Below, piece by piece: positions 1 to 11,112 of a stretch of 32,000 nucleotides of DNA. The notes beneath the pieces are model-generated. The model was not told where the DNA came from, searched no databases, and saw only the letters and a list, made by a program, of their open reading frames with translations. Source of the stretch: Flavobacteriaceae bacterium (lineage in GTDB: Bacteria > Bacteroidota > Bacteroidia > Flavobacteriales > Flavobacteriaceae); contig OZ245049.1 in the NCBI GenBank assembly GCA_965224465.1, forward strand, positions 4,350,001 to 4,382,000. Reading direction: 5' to 3'. The translations under genes were made by a program, and so were the position numbers. The number at the start of each line of letters is the position of its first letter. Within the stretch, counting starts at the first letter, position 1.

Positions 1-2041
1 CGAAAGTTATAGTTTCTGATTCAAACAGGTTTGAAAAAACAAGACTTCCAGAAATTGAAGCGTAGCCAAATTTGTTGTCACCATTAGGTAGGGTAGATGC
101 TTTCTCTTGTCTATAGGCACCTTCAATAAAATAGGTATTAAGGTATCCCAGACTTACGTTTGTAAATACAGAGTTTCTTCCGTATTCTGCTTTGTATTCA
201 TACGGTGCCTTAGATAGTTCTTTACTATTACTTAAAGCGTAGAGTCTTGGAACTACCAATCCTCCTGTAGTTTTTGCACTGGTAGTCTCTGTATAGTGAC
301 GCTCAATATTTGTTCCTATCAATCCTCTAACATTTAGCTTATCGTCAAAGAAATCTTTGTCAAAATTAAGGTATAAATCATAACTGTTATCTAAGACGTT
401 TCTGAGTCTTTTTATGTATTCAGACGGGTCTACGGATCCTATAGCAATACGTTCTTCTTCAATAGAATTGTAGCTATCTAACGTAGCTCTTCCCATTATA
501 TTTAACCAGTCGTTAATATCATAGCTTAAGGATACATGTCCGAAAACACGGTTTCTTTCATCGTTTTGAAAGTTTTCGTATCGGGTCCAGTATGGATTGT
601 CAAAATATTTAGGTGTGTGATTGGTAGGGCTTTGAGGGTTCCAAGTAATGTTTTCTCTAGTTTTAAAGTATGCCGCTCTTTGATCTTTTAGATCTACGTT
701 GGTTTGGTACCATTGTTTAAAAGATTGGTTTGGATTCCTAGCGTCATAACCTGTTCCGTATCTTCCTTTTCCTTTGTTATTTGTATAGGTTACTTTAGAA
801 CTTATTTTTAACTTGTCCGTTAGGTTTAATGAGCCTCCAAATCCAATTGTATTCTTTTTGATAGAACTATTAGGAAGGATTCCAGATTGATTAAAGTTGG
901 TGTATCCCAATCTGTAAGTGCTTTTTTCACCACCTCCAGAAAATGAAATGCTATTAACCGATGTTATTGCGGTTTCAAAAAAGGATAGCGGATTGTTCTT
1001 TGCAGCTGTCCATGGTCTTGGGATTCCGTAAGTATCTAGTTGTGGATAAAAAGAATCCCATTGGTATATAAGTAAACTAGGATCAAATGCCCTTCCAAAA
1101 GAGGCGTCTTCTGTATAAGGCACTACCAAGTCTTTAATCTTGTCTCCATTCATATCTATGTCTTCAAAATACCCCGTACTTCCATAATAGGCACCATATC
1201 CAGCTCCGTATTGGTCTTGGTATTCCGTGTAAGTGCTTTTGTCCATTTGACCAAAAGTAACACTTGAATTAAGGGTGATTCCAACACCTGAATTTTGTTT
1301 ACCTGATTTTGTTGTGATAATTACAACTCCATTGGCTGCTTGAGATCCGTATAAGGCAGATGCGGCTCCCCCTTTTAGAATGTTGATAGATTCGATGTCA
1401 TCTGGATTGATGTCTGAAGCTGCATTCCCGTAATCGTAACCACCACGGCCTTTTTGTTGATCCTTTGAGTTATTGTTACTATTGTTTATCAAAACTCCGT
1501 CAATAACAAACAACGCTTGATTATTTCCTGTTAGTGAACTGTTTCCACGAATTACAACATTTGTTGATCCTCCCATGGTTCCACTTGATTTAATTTGAAC
1601 CCCAGACACTTTTCCGGAAAGAGAATTCATAAAGTTAGCATCCTTTACTTTGGATACTTCATCTCCACTTACTTTTTGAGTTGAATATCCTAGAGATTTT
1701 TTATCTCTCGAAATTCCTAAAGCAGTTACAACAACTTCGTTTAAGACGTTTCCACCTGTTAAGGTTACGTTTATTGTTTTAGCTGCACCTACAGTAATAG
1801 ATTTTGAATCCATCCCAATATAACTAAATGTTAAGATGTCTCCTGGTTTTGCGGAAATCGTGTAGTTTCCATCAAAATCTGATTCGGAGCCTGTGGATGT
1901 TCCTTTGATATGAATACTAACTCCTGGCAGCGGTCCTGTTTCATCAGATACCGTTCCAGAAATTGTTTTTTCTTGCGCAAATGATAGTTGCACAATTAAC
2001 GCCAGTAGCAGCGTTAAAATTCCATTAAACTTTGTTTTCAT
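1..2041 (-). CDS. SusC/RagA-family TonB-dependent outer-membrane receptor, N-terminal ~680 aa; the 3' end lies beyond the window start
   Basis: Manual reverse-strand translation from ATG (plus-strand cat at 2039-2041) gives MKTKFNGILTLLLALIVQLSFAQEKTISGTVSDETGPLPGVSIHIKGTSTGSESDFDGNYTI..., which reads as signal peptide, CarboxypepD_reg-like domain, then plug. The stretches of this frame I translated (positions 2-61, about 960-1020 and about 1970-2041) are open. No other ORF of 60 aa or more is listed anywhere in 1-2386. Confidence 0.88.
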   Translation of the reverse strand, partial: MKTKFNGILTLLLALIVQLSFAQEKTISGTVSDETGPLPGVSIHIKGTSTGSESDFDGNYTISAKPGDILTFSYIGMDSKSITVGAAKTINVTLTGGNVLNEVVVTALGISRDKKSLGYSTQKVSGDEVSKVKDANFMNSLSGKVSGVQIKSSGTMGGSTNVVIRGNSSLTGNNQALFVIDGVLINNSNNNSKDQQKGRGGYDYGNAASDINPDDIESINILKGGAASALYGSQAANGVVIITTKSGKQNSGVGITLNSSVTFGQMDKSTYTEYQDQYGAGYGAYYGSTGYFEDIDMNGDKIKDLVVPYTEDASFGRAFDPSLLIYQWDSFYPQLDTYGIPRPWTAAKNNPLSFFETAITSVNSISFSGGGEKSTYRLGYTNFNQSGILPNSSIKKNTIGFGGSLNLTDKLKISSKVTYTNNKGKGRYGTGYDARNPNQSFKQWYQTNVDLKDQRAAYFKTRENITWNPQSPTNHTPKYFDNPYWTRYENFQNDERNRVFGHVSLSYDINDWLNIMGRATLDSYNSIEEERIAIGSVDPSEYIKRLRNVLDNSYDLYLNFDKDFFDDKLNVRGLIGTNIERHYTETTSAKTTGGLVVPRLYALSNSKELSKAPYEYKAEYGRNSVFTNVSLGYLNTYFIEGAYRQEKASTLPNGDNKFGYASISGSLVFSNLFESETITF

Positions 2042-2446
2042 TTTGTGATTATTTGAATTAATTAGGTCAAAAATGTGAATAAAATGTTAAATACACAACT
2101 CTTTTATTAAATAATCTGTAATTTAATAGTTATTTTGATGTAAAAAATACATTGTCGTATTGGGTGGGTGTTGAGGTTGTGGCGTATTTGAGGTATTTGT
2201 AAAATTAATTATATTTAACAGTGTTAATTCTCTAATTATGTGTGTTTGGTTAAAATATAAGTAATTTAAAGGTGTTTTTTTTGATGAATTACGCAACGCG
2301 TTATGTTTTTCAAATTCCTTTTCTTTTTTAGTTGATAAATGTTAATTTATCAGAAGTCAATTTTAGTAAGATTGTTAAATTTTAGTTTAATTTATAGGAT
2401 GATTTATGTTTTCAGCTAGGAGTCTTGATAAAAAGTGACTTAGCTG

Positions 2447-2477
2447 TTTGAAAAACAATAAATTATTCGTACATTTG
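2447..2477 (+). promoter_or_regulatory. Bacteroidetes-type sigma-A promoter for the rpsL array: -33 TTTG at 2447-2450 and -7 TAcaTTTG at 2470-2477
   Basis: TTTG and TACATTTG are separated by 19 bp, matching the TTTG-N19-21-TAnnTTTG consensus. The motif lies 58 nt upstream of the rpsL ATG. Confidence 0.6.
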
Positions 2478-2534
2478 CACGCTCTATAAAAAGAGTAGTA
2501 ATAAAAAAGAATATAATTAATAACAAATTTTAGT

Positions 2535-2909
2535 ATGCCAACAATTTCGCAATTAGTACGAAAAGGAAGAACCAAAATAACTAAGAAGAGCAAATCGGCA
2601 GCTTTAAATTCATGTCCTCAAAGACGTGGAGTATGTACTCGTGTTTACACGACTACACCTAAAAAACCAAACTCAGCGATGCGTAAAGTAGCAAGAGTTC
2701 GTTTAACGAATGGTAATGAGGTGAATGCATATATTCCAGGAGAGGGACATAATTTACAAGAGCACTCGATAGTATTAGTTAGAGGAGGAAGGGTAAAAGA
2801 TTTACCAGGAGTTAGATATCACATTGTACGTGGTGCTTTAGACACCGCAGGTGTAGAAGGTAGAACGCAACGTAGATCTAAGTATGGTACAAAACGCCCA
2901 AAGAAGTAA
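2535..2909 (+). CDS. rpsL: 30S ribosomal protein S12
   Basis: [12 protein letters not shown]...[16 protein letters not shown]...[19 protein letters not shown] is the canonical S12 sequence. Confidence 0.98.
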   Translation: MPTISQLVRKGRTKITKKSKSAALNSCPQRRGVCTRVYTTTPKKPNSAMRKVARVRLTNGNEVNAYIPGEGHNLQEHSIVLVRGGRVKDLPGVRYHIVRGALDTAGVEGRTQRRSKYGTKRPKK

Positions 2910-2934
2910 ATTATTAATCTGTTAATGTAAAGAC

Positions 2935-3411
2935 ATGAGAAAACGGAGAGCGAAAAAAAGAATTCTTTTACCAGATCCAAAATTTAACGATCAGTTAGTT
3001 ACACGTTTTGTGAACAACTTGATGTGGGATGGTAAAAAATCTGTTGCTTTTAAAGTATTTTACGATGCAATGGCTATCGTAGAAGAAAAGAATCAAGATG
3101 AAGAAAAGACTTCATTAGAAATTTGGAAAGATGCCCTAACAAATGTGATGCCACACGTAGAAGTACGTAGTCGTCGTATTGGAGGAGCTACCTTCCAAAT
3201 CCCAATGCAAATTAGACCAGATCGCAAAGTATCTATGGCGATTAAATGGATGATTTTGTATGCAAGAAAACGTAATGAAAAATCAATGGCAACTCGTTTG
3301 GCAGGAGAAATCATAGCTGCTGCAAAAGAAGAAGGTGCTGCTTATAAGAAAAGAGTTGATGTTCATAAGATGGCAGATGCAAATAAAGCATTCTCTCACT
3401 TTAGATTTTAA
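2935..3411 (+). CDS. rpsG: 30S ribosomal protein S7
   Basis: The 158-aa product with LPDPKF...GKKS..A..I and the ending [10 protein letters not shown] is typical S7. It follows rpsL as in the str operon. Confidence 0.97.
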   Translation: MRKRRAKKRILLPDPKFNDQLVTRFVNNLMWDGKKSVAFKVFYDAMAIVEEKNQDEEKTSLEIWKDALTNVMPHVEVRSRRIGGATFQIPMQIRPDRKVSMAIKWMILYARKRNEKSMATRLAGEIIAAAKEEGAAYKKRVDVHKMADANKAFSHFRF

Positions 3412-3416
3412 TAATT

Positions 3417-5534
3417 ATGGCTAGAGATTTAAAATACACTAGAAATATTGGAATTGCTGCGCATATTGATGCTGGTAAAACCACTACTACAGAGCGTATC
3501 CTTTTTTATACAGGAGTTTCTCATAAAATTGGAGAAGTACATGATGGTGCTGCTACAATGGACTGGATGGAGCAAGAACAAGAGCGTGGAATTACGATTA
3601 CTTCCGCTGCAACTACTTGTACTTGGCAATTCCCTTCAGAAAATGGAGAACCTACTGAAGATGCAAATGGATACCATTTTAATATTATCGATACACCGGG
3701 ACACGTTGATTTTACCGTAGAGGTAAACAGATCATTACGTGTATTGGATGGATTGGTATTCTTGTTTAGTGCTGTTGATGGTGTTGAGCCTCAATCAGAA
3801 ACAAACTGGAGATTGGCTGATAATTATAACGTTCCTCGTATCGGATTTGTTAATAAGATGGACCGTCAAGGTGCAGACTTTTTAATGGTTTGTAAGCAAG
3901 TGAAAGAAATGTTAGGTTCTAATGCAGTGCCTATCGTTTTACCAATTGGTGAAGAGGAAACATTCAAAGGAATTGTTGATTTAGTTAAGAATAGAGCGAT
4001 TGTTTGGCATGAAGATAACAATGGAGCTACTTTTGACGTTATTGATATCCCAGAAGAATTAAAAGAAGAAGCTGCAGAATATAGAGGTAAATTGATCGAA
4101 GAAGTTGCGAGTTACGACGAGGACTTATTGGAGAAATTTATGGAAGATGAAACTTCTATTACAGAAGATGAAATTCACGCTGCTTTAAGAGCTGCTGTAA
4201 TGGACATGGCAATTATTCCTATGGTTTGTGGATCTGCGTTTAAAAACAAAGGTGTTCAATTCTTATTAGATGGTGTATGTCGTTACTTACCTTCTCCTTT
4301 AGATAAAGAAGCAATTATAGGTACGGATCCAGATTCTGGAGAAGAGATTATTCGTAAACCAAATGTAAAAGAACCGTTTGCTGCTTTAGCATTTAAGATT
4401 GCAACTGATCCTTTCGTAGGACGTTTGGCTTTCTTCCGTGTATATTCTGGTAGATTAGATGCTGGTTCTTATGTTTTGAACAATCGTTCAGGAAAAAAAG
4501 AACGTATTTCTCGTATCTATCAAATGCATGCCAATAAACAAAATGCTATCGATTATATCGAGGCTGGTGATATTGGAGCTGCTGTTGGATTCAAAAGTAT
4601 AAAAACTGGAGATACACTATCTGCATTGAATGCACCTATTGTATTGGAAAGTATGGATTTCCCAGAGCCAGTGATTGGTATTGCTGTGGAACCTAAAACA
4701 AAAGCAGATGTTGATAAGTTAGGAATGTCTTTGGCTAAATTAGCAGAAGAAGATCCTACATTCCAAGTGAAATCTGATGAGGCTTCAGGTCAAACAATTA
4801 TTTCTGGAATGGGTGAATTACACCTTGATATTATTGTAGACAGACTAAGACGTGAGTTTAAGGTAGAAGTAAATGTAGGTCAACCACAAGTAGAGTACAA
4901 AGAAGCTATTACTGCAACTGCAGAACATAGAGAAGTGTACAAAAAACAATCTGGTGGACGTGGTAAATTTGCTGATATTGTATTTACAATGGAACCTTTG
5001 GAAGAAGGTAAATCAGGATTAGAGTTTAAATCTGTTATTAAAGGAGGAAATGTTCCTAAGGAATTTGTTCCAGCTATTGAAAAAGGATTTAGAGATGCAA
5101 TGAAAAACGGCCCATTGGCAGGTTATGAAATGGATTCTTTAAAAATCACTTTAAGAGATGGATCTTTCCACGCAGTTGATTCAGATCAATTAGCATTTGA
5201 GATTGCTGCAAAATTAGGGTATAAAGCTGCTGCTAAAGCTGCCAAAGCCGTAATTATGGAGCCAATCATGAAGTTAGAAGTATTAACTCCTGAATTAAAC
5301 ATGGGAGATATTGTAGGTGATTTAAACAGACGTAGAGGGCAAGTAACAGATATGGGCGATAGAGCTGGATCTAAAGTTGTCAAAGCAACTGTCCCTTTAT
5401 CAGAAATGTTTGGATACGTTACAGCATTGAGAACTATGTCTTCTGGTAGAGCAACCTCTACGATGGAATTCTCTCACTACGCTGCAACTCCTTCTAATAT
5501 TTCAGAGGAAGTAATCGAAAAAGCAAAAGGATAA
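3417..5534 (+). CDS. fusA: Translation elongation factor G
   Basis: 705 aa with the G1 motif [12 protein letters not shown], the DTPGHVDF motif and NKMD. Position after rpsG fits. Confidence 0.98.
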   Translation: MARDLKYTRNIGIAAHIDAGKTTTTERILFYTGVSHKIGEVHDGAATMDWMEQEQERGITITSAATTCTWQFPSENGEPTEDANGYHFNIIDTPGHVDFTVEVNRSLRVLDGLVFLFSAVDGVEPQSETNWRLADNYNVPRIGFVNKMDRQGADFLMVCKQVKEMLGSNAVPIVLPIGEEETFKGIVDLVKNRAIVWHEDNNGATFDVIDIPEELKEEAAEYRGKLIEEVASYDEDLLEKFMEDETSITEDEIHAALRAAVMDMAIIPMVCGSAFKNKGVQFLLDGVCRYLPSPLDKEAIIGTDPDSGEEIIRKPNVKEPFAALAFKIATDPFVGRLAFFRVYSGRLDAGSYVLNNRSGKKERISRIYQMHANKQNAIDYIEAGDIGAAVGFKSIKTGDTLSALNAPIVLESMDFPEPVIGIAVEPKTKADVDKLGMSLAKLAEEDPTFQVKSDEASGQTIISGMGELHLDIIVDRLRREFKVEVNVGQPQVEYKEAITATAEHREVYKKQSGGRGKFADIVFTMEPLEEGKSGLEFKSVIKGGNVPKEFVPAIEKGFRDAMKNGPLAGYEMDSLKITLRDGSFHAVDSDQLAFEIAAKLGYKAAAKAAKAVIMEPIMKLEVLTPELNMGDIVGDLNRRRGQVTDMGDRAGSKVVKATVPLSEMFGYVTALRTMSSGRATSTMEFSHYAATPSNISEEVIEKAKG

Positions 5535-5552
5535 TCTCTAAATTATAGAACG

Positions 5553-5858
5553 ATGAGTCAGAAAATTAGAATAAAATTAAAATCGTACGATTACAATTTA
5601 GTAGATAAATCTGCTGAAAAAATCGTAAAAACGGTAAAAAGTACTGGAGCTGTTGTAAACGGACCAATTCCTTTACCTACACATAAAAAGATTTTCACAG
5701 TGTTACGTTCACCACACGTAAACAAAAAATCTAGAGAGCAATTTCAATTGTGTTCTTACAAGCGTTTATTAGATATTTATAGTTCTTCTTCAAAAACTAT
5801 TGATGCTTTAATGAAACTTGAACTGCCAAGTGGCGTAGAAGTCGAAATTAAAGTTTAA
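5553..5858 (+). CDS. rpsJ: 30S ribosomal protein S10
   Basis: 101 aa, IRIKLKSYD...[15 protein letters not shown]-like core. Confidence 0.97.
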   Translation: MSQKIRIKLKSYDYNLVDKSAEKIVKTVKSTGAVVNGPIPLPTHKKIFTVLRSPHVNKKSREQFQLCSYKRLLDIYSSSSKTIDALMKLELPSGVEVEIKV

Positions 5859-5924
5859 TTTCGCAACATCTAGTAATAGATGACATGTCCGGAGCGTTTC
5901 GCGAAGGAAAAACGGTAAAAATAC

Positions 5925-5960
5925 ATTCAGAGCTGAATTTATTTTTGGCTCTGAATTTTT
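5925..5960 (+). terminator. Terminator-like or attenuator hairpin in the rpsJ-rplC spacer
   Basis: ATTCAGAGC (5925-5933) pairs perfectly with GCTCTGAAT (5948-5956), with a 14-nt loop, followed by TTTT (5957-5960). The loop carries TATTTTTG (5940-5947), a TAnnTTTG match. Confidence 0.5.
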
Positions 5961-5984
5961 AATAATAATTAATATATAATAATA

Positions 5985-6602
5985 ATGTCTGGGTTAATAG
6001 GAAGAAAAATCGGAATGACCAGCTTATTCGATGCAAACGGGAAGAATATTCCTTGTACAGTAATTGAAGCAGGTCCATGCGTAGTTACCCAAGTCAGAAC
6101 CGATGAGGTCGACGGGTATAGTGCTCTTCAACTTGGTTTCGATGACAAGGCTGAAAAACGTTCTACTAAAGCTGCTCAAGGGCACTTTAAGAAAGCGGGA
6201 ACTGCAGCTAAGAAAAAAGTCGTTGAATTCCAAGGATTTGAAGAAGAATTTAAATTAGGTGATACAATTGATGTGTTACTTTTTGCTGAAGGAGATTTTG
6301 TTGATGTTGCAGCAGTTTCTAAAGGTAAAGGGTTTCAAGGGGTTGTAAAACGTCACGGTTTTAAGGGTGTAGGTCAAGCGACTCACGGTCAACATAACCG
6401 ATTAAGAGCTCCAGGATCTATTGGTGCTGCTTCTTACCCTGCACGTGTATTCAAAGGAATGCGTATGGCAGGTCGTATGGGAGGTGAAAAAGTAAAAGTT
6501 CAAAACTTAAGAGTTTTAAAAGTAGTTGCTGAAAAGAATCTACTTGTTGTCAAAGGATGTGTTCCTGGACATAAAAACTCTTACATAACTATCGAGAAGT
6601 AA
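5985..6602 (+). CDS. rplC: 50S ribosomal protein L3
   Basis: [16 protein letters not shown]... and [14 protein letters not shown] are L3 hallmarks. Confidence 0.97.
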   Translation: MSGLIGRKIGMTSLFDANGKNIPCTVIEAGPCVVTQVRTDEVDGYSALQLGFDDKAEKRSTKAAQGHFKKAGTAAKKKVVEFQGFEEEFKLGDTIDVLLFAEGDFVDVAAVSKGKGFQGVVKRHGFKGVGQATHGQHNRLRAPGSIGAASYPARVFKGMRMAGRMGGEKVKVQNLRVLKVVAEKNLLVVKGCVPGHKNSYITIEK

Positions 6603-7231
6603 TGAAAGTAGCAGTTTTAGACATACAAGGGAAAGAAACTGGACGTTCAGTAGAATTGAATGACAGTATTTTTGCAATTGAGCCGAACGATCACGCCGTT
6701 TATTTAGACGCTAAGCAATTTTTAGCCAATAAACGTCAAGGGACGCACAAAGCAAAAGAAAGAGCAGATATTAAAGGATCTACTCGTAAAATTAAGAAAC
6801 AAAAAGGTACTGGTACAGCACGTGCAGGTAGTATAAAATCTCCTATCTTTAGAGGTGGAGGTCGTGTATTTGGACCAAGACCAAGAAGTTATTCTTTTAA
6901 GTTGAATAAAAACTTAAAACGTTTGGCTAGGAAATCAGCATTAAGTATTCAAGCAAAAAACGAGAATATTGTTGTTATGGAAAACTTCGATTTTGAAGCT
7001 CCAAAGACAAAAAATTTCGTTGCAATTTTACAAGCGCTTGGTTTAGAGCGTAAAAAATCGCTATTTGTGTTGGGTGAGTCAAATAAAAACGTATATTTGG
7101 CATCACGCAATTTGAAAAGCTTAAAAACAGTAAGTGACTCAGGATTAAATACTTACGATATTTTGAATGCAAACAAGGTAGTACTTTTAGAAGGGTCTCT
7201 AGAGGGAATTGAATCAAATTTAAGCAAATAG
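6602..7231 (+). CDS. rplD: 50S ribosomal protein L4
   Basis: 209 aa with [28 protein letters not shown]. The start overlaps the rplC stop (TAATG). Confidence 0.97.
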   Translation: MKVAVLDIQGKETGRSVELNDSIFAIEPNDHAVYLDAKQFLANKRQGTHKAKERADIKGSTRKIKKQKGTGTARAGSIKSPIFRGGGRVFGPRPRSYSFKLNKNLKRLARKSALSIQAKNENIVVMENFDFEAPKTKNFVAILQALGLERKKSLFVLGESNKNVYLASRNLKSLKTVSDSGLNTYDILNANKVVLLEGSLEGIESNLSK

Positions 7232-7240
7232 GTCACAGAA

Positions 7241-7531
7241 ATGAGTATTTTAATTAAACCTATTATCACGGAAAAAGCGACAAACGATAGCGAAATGAAT
7301 AATCGTTATACGTTTGTAGTAAATAAAAAGGCTAACAAAGTTGAAATTAAAAAAGCCGTAGAGGAAACTTACGGAGTTGATGTTTTAGCAGTGAGAACTT
7401 TAAATTATCCAGTACAACGCAAAACGAAATTCACTAAAAACGGTGTAGTTCAAGCGATGAAAGGATCTTATAAAAAAGCGATCGTACAGTTAGCTGAAGG
7501 AGCAAGTATTGATTTTTATAGCAATATCTAA
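7241..7531 (+). CDS. rplW: 50S ribosomal protein L23
   Basis: 96 aa, IKPIITEKAT...F.V...ANK.EIK.AVE..Y.V.V..V.T. Confidence 0.96.
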   Translation: MSILIKPIITEKATNDSEMNNRYTFVVNKKANKVEIKKAVEETYGVDVLAVRTLNYPVQRKTKFTKNGVVQAMKGSYKKAIVQLAEGASIDFYSNI

Positions 7532-7540
7532 AAAGATTAA

Positions 7541-8365
7541 ATGTCAGTTAGAAAATTAAAACCAGTAACACCAGGTCAGCGTTTTAGAGTAGTAAATGGA
7601 TTCGACGCCATCACTACTGATAAGCCGGAAAAGTCATTATTGGCACCGAATAAAAGATCTGGAGGTCGAAACAACAGTGGGAAAATGACAATGCGCTACA
7701 TAGGTGGTGGTCATAAAAAACAGTACCGTATTATCGATTTTAAAAGAGATAAAGCGGGAATCCCAGCCGTAGTTAATTCAATAGAGTACGATCCAAATCG
7801 TACTGCGTTTATCGCGTTATTATTCTATGTAGATGGAGAAAAACGTTATATCATCGCTCAAAATGGATTAACTGTAGGGCAAACAATTATTTCAGGAACA
7901 GGAATTGCTCCGGAAGTTGGAAATGCAATGCCTTTGAGCGAAATGCCTTTAGGTACTACAATTTCTTGTATTGAATTACGTCCTGGACAAGGAGCTGTTA
8001 TGGTTCGTAGTGCAGGTTCTTTTGCTCAGTTAATGGCAAAAGATGGTAAGTATGCAACAGTAAAGATGCCATCGGGAGAAACAAGATTAATCTTGTTGAC
8101 ATGTATGGCTACTATTGGAGTGGTATCAAACTCTGATCATCAATTGTTAGTATCTGGTAAAGCAGGTAGATCAAGATGGAAAGGTAGGAGACCACGTGTT
8201 AGACCAGTAGTTATGAATCCAGTTGATCACCCAATGGGAGGTGGTGAAGGTAAATCATCAGGGGGTCATCCAAGATCTCGTAATGGTATACCAGCAAAAG
8301 GATTTAAGACTAGATCTAAAACCAAGGCGAGTAATAAGTATATTGTAGAACGTAGAAAAAAATAA
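7541..8365 (+). CDS. rplB: 50S ribosomal protein L2
   Basis: 274 aa with GGGHK..YR.IDFKR and [13 protein letters not shown]. Confidence 0.98.
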   Translation: MSVRKLKPVTPGQRFRVVNGFDAITTDKPEKSLLAPNKRSGGRNNSGKMTMRYIGGGHKKQYRIIDFKRDKAGIPAVVNSIEYDPNRTAFIALLFYVDGEKRYIIAQNGLTVGQTIISGTGIAPEVGNAMPLSEMPLGTTISCIELRPGQGAVMVRSAGSFAQLMAKDGKYATVKMPSGETRLILLTCMATIGVVSNSDHQLLVSGKAGRSRWKGRRPRVRPVVMNPVDHPMGGGEGKSSGGHPRSRNGIPAKGFKTRSKTKASNKYIVERRKK

Positions 8366-8375
8366 CTGAAATATT

Positions 8376-8654
8376 ATGGCACGTTCATTAAAAAAAGGAC
8401 CGTTTGTAGCATATAAACTTGAAAGAAAAGTTTTAGCAAACGTTGAATCTAACAAAAAGACAGTTATCAAAACTTGGTCTAGAGCAACTATGATTACTCC
8501 AGATTTCGTAGGACAGACAATAGCTGTGCATAATGGTCGCCAATTTGTTCCAGTATATGTTACTGAGAACATGGTAGGACATAAATTAGGAGAATTTTCA
8601 CCAACTCGTACTTATAGAGGGCATGGTGGTTCGAAAAATAAAGGTAAAAAATAG
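8376..8654 (+). CDS. rpsS: 30S ribosomal protein S19
   Basis: [11 protein letters not shown]...[32 protein letters not shown]. Confidence 0.98.
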   Translation: MARSLKKGPFVAYKLERKVLANVESNKKTVIKTWSRATMITPDFVGQTIAVHNGRQFVPVYVTENMVGHKLGEFSPTRTYRGHGGSKNKGKK

Positions 8655-8663
8655 TAGGATATC

Positions 8664-9068
8664 ATGGGAGTTCGTAAAAAATTAAGAGCACAACAGATTA
8701 AAGAAGAGAAGAAGCAACTTATCGTTGCTAAACTTAACGGTTGTCCTACTTCACCTAGAAAAATGCGTTTAGTAGCGGATTTAATAAGAGGAGTAGAAGT
8801 TGAGAAATCTTTACAAATCTTGAAATTTTGTTCTAAAGAAGCATCTATTAACTTAGAAAAATTATTATTGTCTGCCATTGCAAACTGGCAAGCAAAGAAT
8901 GAAGATTCTAATATCGAAGATGCCGCTTTATTCGTAAAAGAAATTTACGTAGATAGCGCAGGAATGTTAAAAAGATTAAGACCAGCACCTCAAGGTCGTG
9001 CACATAGAATTCGCAAGCGTTCTAATCACGTTACTTTAGTGTTAGGTAGTAAAAACTTAAGTAATTAA
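8664..9068 (+). CDS. rplV: 50S ribosomal protein L22
   Basis: 134 aa with [14 protein letters not shown]...[18 protein letters not shown]. Confidence 0.97.
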   Translation: MGVRKKLRAQQIKEEKKQLIVAKLNGCPTSPRKMRLVADLIRGVEVEKSLQILKFCSKEASINLEKLLLSAIANWQAKNEDSNIEDAALFVKEIYVDSAGMLKRLRPAPQGRAHRIRKRSNHVTLVLGSKNLSN

Positions 9069-9080
9069 TCACATATAGAA

Positions 9081-9794
9081 ATGGGACAAAAAACAAATCC
9101 AATTGGAAATCGTTTAGGAATTATCAGAGGATGGGAATCTAACTGGTATGGTGGAAATGACTATGGTGATAAGATTGCTGAAGATTATAAAATAAGAGAG
9201 TATGTAAATGCTAGATTATTTAAAGCAAGTGTATCAAGAGTTATTATTGAGCGCACACTTAAACTTGTAACCGTTACTATCACTACTGCTAGACCTGGTA
9301 TTATTATTGGGAAAGGTGGAGCAGAGGTAGACAAGTTAAAAGTAGAGCTTAAGAAAATTACAGGAAAAGAGGTTCAAATAAATATATTTGAAATCAAACG
9401 TCCTGAGCTTGATGCGAAATTAGTTGCGGCAAGTATTGCGCGTCAAATTGAGAATCGTATCTCTTACCGTCGTGCAATCAAAATGGCTATTTCAGCATCA
9501 ATGCGTATGAATGCAGAAGGTATCAAAATTCAAATTTCTGGACGTTTAAACGGAGCAGAAATGGCGAGATCTGAACACTATAAAGATGGAAGAATTCCTC
9601 TTTCTACGTTCAGAGCAGATATCGACTACGCACTTGTAGAGGCTCATACAACTTACGGTCGTTTGGGCGTAAAAGTATGGATTATGAAAGGCGAGGTTTA
9701 TGGAAAGAGAGATTTATCACCTTTAGTTGGCTTATCAAAAAAGCAAGGTAAAGGAGGAAATAGCTCTAAGAGACAACCACGTAGAAGAAAGTAA
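9081..9794 (+). CDS. rpsC: 30S ribosomal protein S3
   Basis: [14 protein letters not shown]...W.S.W and a KH domain with GIIIGKGG. Confidence 0.98.
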   Translation: MGQKTNPIGNRLGIIRGWESNWYGGNDYGDKIAEDYKIREYVNARLFKASVSRVIIERTLKLVTVTITTARPGIIIGKGGAEVDKLKVELKKITGKEVQINIFEIKRPELDAKLVAASIARQIENRISYRRAIKMAISASMRMNAEGIKIQISGRLNGAEMARSEHYKDGRIPLSTFRADIDYALVEAHTTYGRLGVKVWIMKGEVYGKRDLSPLVGLSKKQGKGGNSSKRQPRRRK

Positions 9795-9817
9795 TTTTTT
9801 AAAAATTAGAAGGTAAA

Positions 9818-10246
9818 ATGTTACAGCCAAAGAGAGTAAAATATCGTAAAGTACAGAAGGCAAAGGGGAACATGAAAGGGAATTCTGGTAGAGGACATCA
9901 GTTATCTAATGGAATGTTTGGAATCAAAGCCTTAGACCAAAACTTACTTACGTCTCGCCAAATTGAAGCAGCTCGTATCGCAGCTACTAGACATATGAAG
10001 AGGGAAGGACAATTATGGATTAAAATATTTCCGGACAAGCCTATTACCAAAAAACCATTAGAAGTACGTATGGGTAAAGGTAAAGGTGCACCAGAATATT
10101 TTGTTGCAGTTGTAAAACCAGGACGAATTATGTTCGAAGTAGGTGGTGTACCAATGGAAGTTGCTAAAGAAGCATTGCGTTTAGCAGCTCAAAAACTACC
10201 AGTAAGAACAAAATTTGTTGTTGCTAAAGATTTTGATAACGCTTAA
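9818..10246 (+). CDS. rplP: 50S ribosomal protein L16
   Basis: [14 protein letters not shown]...[23 protein letters not shown]. Confidence 0.98.
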   Translation: MLQPKRVKYRKVQKAKGNMKGNSGRGHQLSNGMFGIKALDQNLLTSRQIEAARIAATRHMKREGQLWIKIFPDKPITKKPLEVRMGKGKGAPEYFVAVVKPGRIMFEVGGVPMEVAKEALRLAAQKLPVRTKFVVAKDFDNA

Positions 10247-10258
10247 TTGTATTTAATT

Positions 10259-10450
10259 ATGAAACAATCAGAAATTAAAGAATTATCAACAGAAGAGTTA
10301 CAAGACAAACTCGGAAGTTTAAAGAAAAGTTATACAGATCTTAAAATGGCTCATACTATAACTCCATTGGAATCTCCATTGCAGTTGAGAAGTTTAAGAA
10401 GAACTGTAGCCAGAGTAGCTACAGAATTAACTAAAAGAGAATTACAATAA
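10259..10450 (+). CDS. rpmC: 50S ribosomal protein L29
   Basis: MKQSEIKELSTEELQDKL is a typical L29 N-terminus. I chose the ATG at 10259 over the track's TTG at 10247, which directly abuts the rplP stop. Confidence 0.93.
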   Translation: MKQSEIKELSTEELQDKLGSLKKSYTDLKMAHTITPLESPLQLRSLRRTVARVATELTKRELQ

Positions 10451-10469
10451 TTGTATTCGTAAGTAAAAG

Positions 10470-10727
10470 ATGGAAAAAAGAAATCTTAGAAAAGAGAGGA
10501 TAGGAGTTGTTTCTAGTAACAAAATGGAGAAATCTATTGTTGTCTCAGAAGTAAAAAAAGTAAAACATCCTATGTACGGAAAGTTTGTATTGAAAACAAA
10601 GAAATATGTTGCTCACGACGAACTTAATGATTGCAATATTGGTGATACTGTAAAAATAATGGAAACTCGCCCTTTGAGTAAATCAAAGAGATGGAGATTA
10701 GTAGAAATCTTAGAAAGAGCTAAATAA
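10470..10727 (+). CDS. rpsQ: 30S ribosomal protein S17
   Basis: 85 aa, [16 protein letters not shown]...HPMYGKF..KTKKY.AHDE...GD.V.I.ETRPLSK.KRW. Confidence 0.97.
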   Translation: MEKRNLRKERIGVVSSNKMEKSIVVSEVKKVKHPMYGKFVLKTKKYVAHDELNDCNIGDTVKIMETRPLSKSKRWRLVEILERAK

Positions 10728-10728
10728 T

Positions 10729-11097
10729 ATGTTACAGACAGAATCAAGATTAAAAGTAGCGGATAATACAGGTGCTAAAGAAGTATTGGTAATCCGTGTT
10801 TTAGGAGGAACAAAGAAGCGTTATGCATCTATTGGTGATAAGATTGTTGTGACTATTAAACAAGCTGCGCCAAATTCAAGTGTTAAGAAAGGACAAGTTT
10901 CTAGAGCAGTTGTAGTTCGTGTTAAAAAAGAGATCAGACGTAAAGACGGATCATATATCCGTTTCGACGATAATGCATGTGTTTTATTAGACGCAGGTGA
11001 AGAGATGAAAGGTACCCGTGTATTCGGACCTGTAGCGAGAGAACTTCGTGATAAACAATTCATGAAAATTGTATCATTAGCACCTGAAGTGCTTTAA
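10729..11097 (+). CDS. rplN: 50S ribosomal protein L14
   Basis: [25 protein letters not shown] is the canonical L14 sequence. Confidence 0.98.
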   Translation: MLQTESRLKVADNTGAKEVLVIRVLGGTKKRYASIGDKIVVTIKQAAPNSSVKKGQVSRAVVVRVKKEIRRKDGSYIRFDDNACVLLDAGEEMKGTRVFGPVARELRDKQFMKIVSLAPEVL

Positions 11098-11112
11098 TAA
11101 TTTATTTTAAAG

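Noticed and set aside
2161-2182. Possible G-quadruplex in the susC-rpsL intergenic region
   Set aside because: There are only two G3 runs plus two G2 runs, so at best a weak two-tetrad structure could form. It is kept only as a compositional oddity.
2387-2593. 68-aa minus-strand ORF overlapping the rpsL promoter and start
   Set aside because: The composition is low-complexity and hydrophobic. It overlaps the rpsL promoter and the certain rpsL coding sequence, and has no recognisable family features. This is a typical spurious ORF in AT-rich DNA.
10247-10258. TTG start for rpmC (track) and GTG start at 11418 for rplE
   Set aside because: ATG codons 12 and 3 nt downstream give the canonical N-termini MKQSEIKEL and [11 protein letters not shown]. 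The upstream alternatives abut or overlap the preceding stop codons.
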